From Tubiluchus corallicola (Eukaryota; Animalia; Priapulida): 20,098 nt of DNA. Shown here piece by piece: positions 11,192 through 20,098 of this stretch (positions are counted from its first letter, which is position 1; each line of letters starts with the position of its first letter). The stretch spans positions 15,912-36,009 of the forward strand of contig JAQGDQ010001529.1 of NCBI GenBank assembly GCA_030141605.1. The letters run 5' to 3'. The translations under genes and the position numbers were made by a program. The notes under the pieces were generated by a model. It was not told where the DNA came from. It saw only the letters and a program-made list of their open reading frames with translations, and searched no databases.

Positions 11192-11626
11192 TCACCATAC
11201 TAGTTTATATTGATTATATAGTAATATTAATGTCTTTCTCAACATTATACCAACAACTTTGTACCTAAACTACAGCGTCTTATCTCAGACATGTGCGCAT
11301 GGACGCATGCGCACAGCAGCCAAACACCGCATTTCTTGGGCTGTGCCGCAAATTGTACTTCCCTCACGTGCTCCGGCTCCGCACAAATATAAAAAAAGAA
11401 CTAAAGAAAAATGACTTATTATATTGAATATTATCGATAACAATGAGTGAAAACAGGGGGCGCTGCAGTACCACAATACCTATACACGAGCCGCCACTGG
11501 TCAGTTACAAACATTTATTTTTATAATCTGGAAACTTAATAATTATTGACTTTCTTATACTCGACTTCTGTATACGTCACCTTTTCTATTATTTCAATAC
11601 AGATCGCGTTTAAAGTTGCAAAACAT

Positions 11627-11989
11627 ATTGATATGTGGGTAAAGCAAAGGGTATGGTGCCACATGGGTATTGCCTTTGTGAGACTAACAAATAAATATTA
11701 ACCTACATTGTCACAGATTGATATGTGGGTAAAGCAAAGGTATGGTGCCACATGGGTATTGCCTTTGTGGGACTAGCAAATAAACATTAACCTACACTGT
11801 CACAGATTGTTATGTGGGTAAAGCAAAGGGTATGGTGCCACATGGGTATTGCCTTTGTGGGACTAGCAAATAAATATTAACCTACACTGTCACAGATTGA
11901 TATGTGGGTAAAGCAAAGGGTATGGTGCCACATGGGTATTGCCTTTGTGGGTCTAGCAAATAAATATTAACCTACACTGTCACAGATTG
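11627..11989. repeat. 90-bp tandem repeat x4
   Basis: tatgtgggtaaagcaaagggtatggtgccacatgggtattgcc recurs at ~11632, 11722, 11811 and 11901, directly after the stop of the ABCC exon in minus-strand orientation. Confidence 0.95.
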
Positions 11990-12022
11990 TTGCAAGTTCA
12001 TCATTTAAGCAACACTGATTTA

Positions 12023-12162
12023 TCAAAGACGCACTGAATCATCATTCCCGGTGCCCGTCAAACCAGCATTCTTTGCCAGGCTGTAGAACATACTGGATCT
12101 GTCCTTCGATAAGTTTTCCGGAGCGTCAAAATCCAGGATTTGTCCATTCTAAGACCATGACC
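12023..12162 (-). pseudogene. Orphan terminal exon of an ABCC/MRP-type ABC transporter, with a frameshift
   Basis: Strong acceptor (ttttttatttttcag), then (R)VMVL, a 2-nt gap, and NGQILDFDAPENLSKDRSSMFYSLAKNAGLTGTGNDDSVRL*. This matches the ABCC C-terminal pattern RVMVLDxGxIxEFDxPxxLL....S.FY.MAK.AGL. No upstream ABCC exons recognised in the window. Confidence 0.75.
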
Positions 12163-12992
12163 CTGAAAAATAAAAAATCATTAATGCAAATATTAAGTTG
12201 TGCTGTTTTTACAACATTTTTTACGGGCACCATGAACGGTTTAGGATTTTTCTGCACGGTGTAGGAGCACCAAAACAATCCATGTGATGCCATAATGTTC
12301 AAAATGTCCAGTGTTCAGTTTGCATTCAGTGTTCAACACTAGTAATGAACAATGGTATTGCAATAGGCCTGTTCATAGTTACAGCAGTTGATGATGATCG
12401 TTAAGAAGTCAAAGGTTAAGTATACCAGACAACGCATTTGTGTACACTTGACAACGCCTCGCAGCCCATGCTATTGTAATAGTAACAGTTTTAACAGCTA
12501 GCTAGAACCTTACCTAGTTCATTTTTTCTTATTCCCAAGCAAGGTCCTGCTACTAAATCACTCTACGCAAAGACTAATGTATAATTAAGTAAAGTCCACC
12601 TAAAAACTACTGAAGTTACTGAACTAATGCTTTGCGTTACCTACATGTCACCTGCGACTGTATTTAAGACACGTTGCTGTGGTACACTTGACCTCTGACC
12701 TATAGCACCTACGCATGCGCACTATGAAACTATGAAAAGTCTTTTTAGTAACATAATCTGATGAGTAAAGTTTCACACTGAAAGATCGGAAAAAAATAGG
12801 TTTCAGTACCTACATATGTATAGTATATACACACATACATACTGACTGACTAACTTATAGAACGTTAATATATCAGTTTAGTCTTTTATTATCTTTCTAT
12901 CGATGTGATATTTTAATGGTTGTAATCGTTTAGAATGTTTTTGATGTTTTTTTTATAATATGTGTTTGTTGCTAAATGCATGTAGTGTACAT

Positions 12993-13349
12993 ACTAGTAG
13001 TGAACATTCTCTGCCAGAAAGCGAATTCAGATCAAATCGAATCTGAATCGAATTCGAATAGAGTTTGAAAGATTTGCGAACAAGTTTTCGAACCACTAGT
13101 AAAAAGTGGTCTTACAAAGATCTTGCATGTTACTTGATTTTGTTCTGCAGTAAAACCGCAATTAGTTTGTTAAAAATTTTGCGGAGAAACTGCAGCTAAA
13201 TTGAGCTGATTGCATACTGTTTCAAACATTTTAACGTTAAGTGGTTGAAGTGCTGAACTAGTTGAATCTGTAATTTTAGGTTGGGGGTCGAATTCGAACT
13301 AAAGAAACTCGCTCGGACTCGATTCGAACATTCGATGCTCACTCTTAGT
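12993..13349. mobile_element. Possible degenerate MITE rich in TTCGAA/ATTCGA motifs
   Basis: Imperfect terminal inverted repeats (actagtagtgaacat / atgctcactcttagt) and clustered (a)ttcgaa motifs at both ends. No TSD confirmed. Confidence 0.35.
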
Positions 13350-13589
13350 ATGAACATCACAAATTATCGACTACGCTTCCGGTCTTGGTTGAGTCTCTTT
13401 ATCAAGTAGAAAAATCTCACTAAAAATAGTGGAAGCAGTGAAGCTGTTATTTTCACGTAATTGTTGCACTGTATTATGTTGTAATTTTATGAGAGATAAT
13501 TAAAATTGCACCTGCTGTCATTTTGGCTTCTCCTCATTTGTACTTGGCTTCATGTTTCTTTCCTATACTTAGAAATTTCGTTGTTTTGT

Positions 13590-13860
13590 AGAGCAGTTTA
13601 CTCGATTTTATAAGGACATCATCGGTTCAGACATTGAAATTGACCACATACTGTGAAAAATTGAAATGGTCGCAGATTTATACATTTAAGACCAGGCAGA
13701 GAATTACGAGGCCATGATTTCAAACTGTTTATCGAATATAGACGAACCAGCGTCCGTTTTCATTTGTTTTGCCTCTCGTGTGACTCATTCATGGAACTCA
13801 CTCTCAGCCAATTTAAAGCTACTATATATTTAAGCCGATACTTTAAATCCATCCATCTAT
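13590..13860 (+). mobile_element. CR1-type LINE 3' fragment
   Basis: ELRGHDFKLFIEYRRT...RVTHSWNSL; similar to 6742-6870. Boundaries approximate. Confidence 0.65.
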
Positions 13861-14209
13861 CGGTAAATATATAAAATGAATATGAGCAAGGACCTTACAC
13901 GTGTTGAACTCTTAGTCCTAATGTCATTGTAAAGAAGCAAAGAAGGTTTGCTACGAAACGAATCGTCGAAAAATTACTCTGGAATGCAGTATAATTGTTC
14001 CAGTTGCATTTAGTAGTAGTTAGCTAGTGAATACTTGGTTTACGTTGTTTGTTTACTTCACTCATTTTCATTTATCTGTAATTTTAAGTGTTTTGTTTGT
14101 ATCAGACTTTATTAAATTGGTTTGTTATCACCATCCTCACTCTGCAAAAAAATTTCTGCGTTTGCGAAAAAATTGAGGTTAAAAATCGATCAATTTCGCT
14201 TTGATCATA

Positions 14210-14405
14210 GGGTCCCTTATATGCGAGGTGATTTACCTGGGTTTCGGTTACGCGGGACTTGAAGATATCGTCCTTTATAACCGAAAGTCCCTTATATCCG
14301 AGTACCTTATATATTTAAGATTTCTATAAGGAAAAACGTTACGAAGAATTGGGGCCGGTGTTGGTGGTCCCTTATAAACGAGTATCTTATACCCGAGGTT
14401 GACTG
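14210..14405. mobile_element. pogo/Tigger-like (Tc1/mariner) element end
   Basis: The right end reads TA-CAGTCAACCTCGGGTATAAG on the minus strand, with repeated subterminal cttata.ccga motifs. Left end not found. Confidence 0.55.
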
Positions 14406-14438
14406 TATTTAGCAGTCAGTGTGTTTACAATATCTGTG

Positions 14439-14719
14439 CATTAGGTCATTAGTGCATGGCGGCAGAAACTATCTTGCACATATTACACAATTAAAAAGTA
14501 AAGCACATTAAAATATAGAGTTACACAGCAGGTATAAATCATGGACTATGACAGTGCAATTACTCGATTACATTGCACTATGTAAAAAGTGCGCGCGTTA
14601 TTGATCATTGGTGCGTGGATAGCATTAGCAGTTCATAGCCTGATAGCCAGCTATAACCAAAGTCCTGTTTCCTTGACCTTTTAACGGAAGTCGTCGTAGT
14701 GGATGCCTAAGAAAACCTG
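14439..14719. repeat. Unclassified interspersed repeat, related to 5270-5621
   Basis: Same ordered blocks as 5270-5621, moderately diverged. Confidence 0.75.
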
Positions 14720-14830
14720 ATGCCTTTACAAACAGTAACAATAATAAAAGATTATTGCGTGGGACTCTTAGAGCCATGATCCTGGCTCTAGTCTCTGAAG
14801 AATTTTAATCTTGTTAAAGTAAAGAGAACC

Positions 14831-15141
14831 TGTTAAACTATGTTGAAAGCATTAGATTATGATAGATAATTATGTTGATGAATGCTGGCATGAAGCCAGT
14901 TAAGGAGTGATGTCACGTGAATAAGTGATTCAGAATCGAGGCGTCGAAGCTCGGCGCACGAGATATAAGCCTTGTGATGCGCCCAGCTCAAGGAATTGAT
15001 ATTAGACTGAGTCTGGGAACCGGAGCAGAGAGGCTAAGATCAAGGGCTTGGCATTACTATCTGTTATATTTATTGTGTTTGATGTTCAATAAACGTGTAG
15101 TTTTATAATCTGACTCTTCATAGTTTTGCCATCCCTAAAAC
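14831..15141 (+). mobile_element. Possible solo LTR
   Basis: TGTT...AACA ends, TATA-like gatataag and AATAAA at ~15088, but no TSD found. Confidence 0.35.
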
Positions 15142-15348
15142 ACCAATAATCAGCTATATACAACCAATACAACGAGTTATTTGCTTACCGTAGAGGTGTC
15201 ACAGGAGTTCCAGGAATCATCTGAAGTGTAAATCCGGAATGATTGCAGCTTTAAATACTGTAGTACGAACTTGGCTTCATTTTGAGGTGATTGTTATACA
15301 CATACACTAATTTTAATTCCATACAAAACGTGAATTATATTAAGTAAC

Positions 15349-15814
<466 letters not shown>

Positions 15815-15891
15815 TAAGTAACGCTGAAGGGTAAAAATTTGACGGAAAAGGAAGCAATGACAAAAAATCACAAGAAATTAGTCTCGGCTTG

Positions 15892-15897
15892 TTTATT
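15892..15897 (-). terminator. Candidate polyadenylation signal (AATAAA) of SelL copy B
   Basis: First minus-strand AATAAA I can see after the stop at 16523; it lies ~55 nt past the fourth SECIS. Confidence 0.55.
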
Positions 15898-15952
15898 TGC
15901 TGAATTGTTCAAAAACATATTTAAGAATAACTAGAAATCACCGATGTTTAGC

Positions 15953-16020
15953 TATGACATTTTTATCAGTCTGTAAGCCAGGTTTACACCTTTTTACTTA
16001 CAAACGTCATTAATGTCATA
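15953..16020 (-). promoter_or_regulatory. SECIS element 4 (type II)
   Basis: UAUGACAUUA-AUGAC-GUUUGUAAGU-AAAA-AGGUGUAAACCU-G-GCUUACAGAC-UGAU-AAAAAUGUCAUA. All helices intact. Confidence 0.88.
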
Positions 16021-16109
16021 ACTAATGCCACAGATAAGTAGATCATAACTATAACAATATATACAACTTCAATACATGTTCAATTCATGCAAAGTCACCG
16101 TTCTTTAGC

Positions 16110-16178
16110 TATGACTTTTTTTATCAGTCTGTAAGCTAGGTTTACACCTTTTTACTTACAAACGTCATTAATGTCACA
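16110..16178 (-). promoter_or_regulatory. SECIS element 3 (type II)
   Basis: AUGAC-GUUUGUAAGU-AAAA-AGGUGUAAACCU-A-GCUUACAGAC-UGAU. Helix II fully paired; helix I UGUGAC/GUCAUA includes a G.U pair. Confidence 0.87.
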
Positions 16179-16267
16179 ACTAATGCCACAGGTAAGTAGA
16201 TCAGGACTATAACAATATATACAAGTTCAGTACATGTTCAATTCATGCAAAGTCATCGTTCTTTAGC

Positions 16268-16336
16268 TATGACTTTTTTTATCAGTCTGTAAGCCAGGTT
16301 TATACCTTTTTACTTACAAACGTCATTAATGTCATA
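16268..16336 (-). promoter_or_regulatory. SECIS element 2 (type II)
   Basis: AUGAC-GUUUGUAAGU-AAAA-AGGUAUAAACCU-G-GCUUACAGAC-UGAU. Helix II fully paired; helix I UAUGAC/GUCAUA. Confidence 0.88.
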
Positions 16337-16425
16337 ACTAATGCCACAGATAAGTAGATCATAACTATAACAATATATACAACTTCAATACATGTTCAAT
16401 TCATGCAAAGTCACCGTTCTTTAGC

Positions 16426-16493
16426 TATGACATTTTTATCAGTCTGTAAGCTAAGTTTACACCTTTTTACTTGCAAACGTCATTAATGTCATA
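16426..16493 (-). promoter_or_regulatory. SECIS element 1 (type II), 30 nt after the stop codon of copy B
   Basis: UAUGACAUUA-AUGAC-GUUUGCAAGU-AAAA-AGGUGUAAACUU-A-GCUUACAGAC-UGAU-AAAAAUGUCAUA: helix I, AUGA/UGAU G.A quartet, 10-bp helix II with one C.A mismatch, unpaired As, apical mini-stem. Confidence 0.88.
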
Positions 16494-16522
16494 AATAAAG
16501 CCACAGAGAAATACGAAGATGA

Positions 16523-19500
16523 CTAAGCTAACTTTGCAACTTCTTCCAAAATGTCTTCCATATTTGGTCTTACAGTGGCAGCTGGTGCTTTATATAACCA
16601 TCTTAACTTTCCTTGTTTATCCAGCAAGAAATCTCCAGCTTGCTACAGAAAAACGTAAGAAAAGAGTTTTATAAAAGTACATTTATGATTATAACCAAGA
16701 CTTATAGAAAGCAAAATTCAAGTATAATAATATTGTTATTTGTGGAAGTTGTAACTGTATATTTTAGGTGCTGCCATCTATTGACTAATCACTTTACATT
16801 TTGCTAGCCAAACTCACCCCTAGTATAATTGTTCGGTCCAGTGAATATGCATACTCACTGGATCTCTCCCTATTTTACTGTAATGTTATTCGTGAAGCCA
16901 AGTTTGCATAGTTACCTCTACCTATATATACTGACTGGATTCTACTTCTAGCCACTGTCTAACTCTCAGTGATCAGTGCAGGACACTCTTGTTCTCAGTG
17001 TTCAGTGTAGCAGTCATTCTACATATGTGCATGTAGTCTAATAAACGTTTTCAGTTTTGTGCAGATATGTAGTACAGTGTTTTATTCCTTTTCTACAAAG
17101 TGTTCAACTACAACCTCATACATGACTTTCACATTATTATTATAAAATGAAAATAAATAAAAATATTTATATAGGTGGAAAATTCACATTATTTTGCAAT
17201 ACAGCTTTACAAATGTTTTCAATATCACGACTTTAAAGCTACGATTGCTCACAACAACTAACAGCACTATATGTTTACCTGGAAGAGGTCTATTCCTGGT
17301 GGAACTTCCAGGTTAGCTCGATTCTCAGCCATATAATCGTATTTGCCAGTTGCTGCCAAATTTCTAATGTAATATTCGTGAGCAAGGAGGCTTCCCATAG
17401 AATGGTTAGCGTCCCTTCCCAAACCAAAGAAATGATATACCTACAGATACGGAAATGAAAGTGTGATTTCATGTGATACTTCATTATGAAGGAAATCTCG
17501 TTCTGCAAATGGTTGTTTATATAAGCAGCTCTAGCTACTGCATGAAAAAAACGTAACTGTTGTGGAGATCGCTGGCATCTATTAGAATTACATGGAACAT
17601 TGTAGAATGTTCCGTTAGAATAATCGTCTTACCGTGTGGAATGTTCTGGAACAAAACTTCTAGAAGCTTCTCGGGCGCGCTATATAAGGCGATGCAGGCC
17701 GCTGACAGACGCACACGGATTCACACAGACGCCACTTACACATTCTCTTGTAGACTTGTATTTTCAGATACACTCAAACGTTTTCCAGATTTTCACGTTT
17801 ACTGTAATCATTTCGTGTTCCTTCATACTTTTGTGTTGTAGAATTCTCGCTTAATAAACTAGTTTAATTTGATGACGTGTTTTCTGGGTTTTTTTCTACG
17901 AGCCTTCCGAGAGAAACAAAACAATAACCGAATATATTGGTCTTATTACGTTCGTCACTTAAAATGGTAACATCCAAAAATAAATACATATTTTATAGAA
18001 ATTCTGAAACCTATTCAAATAACTCCACTACATATAATAAATCGTGCTAGCATTGTTAGTCTTACCAATTTTTTCTCATTGTTAACATTGTTAGCATCTT
18101 TGGTAGCATTGTTAGTCTTACCAATCTTTTCTCATTGTTAGCATCTTTGCTAGCATTGTTAGTCTTACTAATCTTTTCTCATTGTTAGCATTGTTAGCAT
18201 CTTTACTAGCATTGTTAGTCTTACCAGTCTTTTCTCATTGTTAGCATTGTTAGCATCTTTGCTAGCATTGTTAGTCTTACCAATCTTTTCTCATTGTTAG
18301 CATTGTTAGCATCTTTGCTAGCATTGTTAGTCTTACCAATCTTTTCTTGCTAGCATTGTTAGCATCTTTGCAAGCATTGTTAGTCTTACCAGTCTTTTCT
18401 CATTGTTAGCATTGTTAGCATCTTTGCTAGCATTGTTAGTCTTACCAATCTTTTCTTGCTAGCATTGTTAGCATCTTTGCTAGCATTGTTAGTCTTACCA
18501 GTCTTTTCTCATTGTTAGCATTGTTAGCATCTTTGCTAGCATTGTTAGTCTTACCAATCTTTTCTTGCTGGCATTGTTAGCATCTTTGCTAGCATTGTTA
18601 GTCTTACCAATCTTTTCTCATTGTTAGCATTGTTAGCATCTTTGTTAGCATTGTTAGTCTTACCAATCTTTTCTCATTGTTAGCATTGTTAGCATCTTTG
18701 CTAGCATTGTTAGTCTTACCAGGCTTTTCTCATTGTTAGCATCTTTGCTAGCATTGTTAGTCTTACCAGTCTTTTCTCATTGTTAGCATTGTTAGCATCT
18801 TTGCTAGCATTGTTAGTCTTACCAGTCTTTTCACATTGCTAGCATTGTTAGCATCTTTGCTAGCATTGTTAGTCTTACCAGTCTTTTCTCATTGTTAGCA
18901 ACATCTTTGCATTGTTAGTCTACCAATCTTTTCTTGCTGATTTTAGCAATTGCTAGCATTGTTAGCATCTTTGCTAGCATTGTTAGTCTTACCAATCTTT
19001 TCACATCCAGCAGCATATCAAATGGGGAATTTTGCTGTTCAATCCATTTCAAGGCATGTTCTCTATCTTCATAGTAGATCAGTAACACTTTTGTATTCTT
19101 TGCAGCCAAATGATCCTAAAGAAATGTAACACTTGTCACCTCCAAGTAGTGTAAATAATAGTGGTCTGATTGCAATGTATTATCTATAAATATCTTTATT
19201 TACCAGATATTAATCTATTTATTTACCAAATTATCTTTAACTTGGTTCACATGGTTGCGTCACGGTCCTCAGAGAAAATGGCGGACTAGGACAACTAGTA
19301 AGTTAGACTCCCCAACATAATCACCAATTGTCTGCGTATCACCTGGAAATTGTAACTAGATAAAATACAATTTGTAGCACTCAGTTCTATGTTTTTGCTA
19401 TTTTTGTTTATTTACCCTCATCAAGATTTGCTTGTAGCGTTTCACTAATGAACTTTTTGTAAACTAATTACTTTGCATCTGTAATAGCACACCTGCATTA

Positions 19501-19610
19501 CCTGTTCTAACATTTATCAATGGTATGTCAATTGGTCCTGGTTTTCCAATTTCTGATTGATCTTCTGGTTGTTTCACCTTAAACTTCCGGAAAGCTTTGT
19601 CAAACTGATC
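16523..19610 (-). CDS. SELENOL: Selenoprotein L-like gene, copy B (3' part, coding exons 5-9; 5' exons beyond window end)
   Basis: GT-AG exons 19610-19502, 19342-19227, 19115-18993, 17440-17279, 16642-16523. Translation: DQFDKAFRKFKVKQPEDQSEIGKPGPIDIPLINVRTGDTQTIGDYVGESNLLVVLVRHFL-U-GP-U-RNHVNQVKDNL/DHLAAKNTKVLLIYYEDREHALKWIEQQNSPFDMLLDVKRL/VYHFFGLGRD...PPGIDLFQ/QAGDFLLDKQGKLRWLYKAPAATVRPNMEDILEEVAKLA*. In-frame TGAs at 19271-19269 and 19262-19260. PFDMLLD..Y..FGL and Q.GDF..D..G are AhpC/TSA (PRXL2/SelL) motifs. SECIS elements follow the TAG stop. Confidence 0.93.
16741..17133 (+). mobile_element. Solo LTR in intron 8 of SelL copy B
   Basis: TGTGGAAGT...ACTTTCACA termini, 5-bp TSD ttatt on both sides, TATA-like tract at ~16923 and AATAAA at ~17040. 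Confidence 0.75.
17558..17923 (+). mobile_element. Solo LTR in intron 7 of SelL copy B
   Basis: TGTT...AACA termini, near-perfect 5-bp TSD gtaac/ataac, TATATAA at ~17681 and AATAAA at ~17853. Confidence 0.7.
18046..19002. repeat. 47-56-bp minisatellite (~18 units) that includes the exon 7 splice donor of SelL copy B
   Basis: Unit ttagtcttacca(a/g)tcttttctcattgttagcattgttagcatctttgctagcattg. On the minus strand it contains GAAAAGATTG|GTAAGAC, the real exon/intron junction at 18993/18992. Confidence 0.93.
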
Positions 19611-19811
19611 CTGAAATGATTTGAGTAAAATGGTTTGTATATTTTGGACACGAAGTTTATGTTATAAAATTCTATTCTACTAACACAAATTTTCAAAGTC
19701 AAAAAGATTTGATGAAAACTGTTTTTTGTCAGCATTTTACGTGCAAAGATGGATACAAATATTTTATAATTTCATTTTTTCACAAAAACACCAAACAACA
19801 ATACAATATAT

Positions 19812-20017
19812 GACATTATATTACATATTACATATATTACATATTACATATTACATATATTACATATTACATATTACATATTACATATTACATATTACAT
19901 ATTACATATTACATATTACATATTACATATTACATATTACATATTACATATTACATATTACATATTACATATTACATATTACATATTACATATTACATAT
20001 TACATATATTACATATT
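19812..20017. repeat. (TACATAT)n heptanucleotide microsatellite
   Basis: Near-perfect 7-bp period; produces the spurious ORF 19726-20058. Confidence 0.95.
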
Positions 20018-20098
20018 ATGATAACATGGTATACATAGTTACATTAATTTCATCATAAAATCAACATGGCATGATGTCTATATATAAATTGTTGCTTG

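Larger units (their letters stand above)
15938..16507. repeat. ~158-bp tandem repeat, ~3.6 units, each carrying one SECIS
   Basis: The motif tatgac...atcagtctgtaagc recurs at 15953, 16110, 16268 and 16426. Confidence 0.95.

Noticed and set aside
1347-11989. The 74-, 41- and 90-bp tandem arrays as CRISPR arrays or additional SECIS arrays
   Set aside because: No unique spacers, the context is eukaryotic, and I see no AUGA/GA quartet with a paired helix II in these units.
15185-15290. Possible small minus-strand exon ending in CG|gtaagc
   Set aside because: Good donor, but no convincing acceptor, partner exon or recognisable peptide.
19726-20058. 110-aa YYILHIT-repeat ORF
   Set aside because: Translation of the (TACATAT)n microsatellite.

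Overview
AT-rich, intron- and repeat-rich eukaryotic DNA, probably from an invertebrate animal; the species cannot be determined from the sequence. The ORF track misses the main content: a minus-strand tandem cluster of selenoprotein L (SelL/SELENOL)-like genes with a di-selenocysteine UxxU motif. Copy A supplies exons 1-6 (4539->740, motif RHFL-U-G-A-U-RDH). Copy B supplies exons 5-9 (19610->16523, motif RHFL-U-G-P-U-RNH), and its 3' UTR carries four tandem type II SECIS elements. A third, collapsed copy (7281-7620) fuses exon 1 directly to exon 9. Between the copies lie a frameshifted, intronless GT11 alpha-1,2-fucosyltransferase gene (+), an orphan terminal exon of an ABCC/MRP transporter (-), LINE 3' fragments, hAT/piggyBac/pogo-like MITEs, solo LTRs and many tandem repeats. 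One tandem repeat is an amplified splice donor. All calls were made by eye from the sequence, with no database search.
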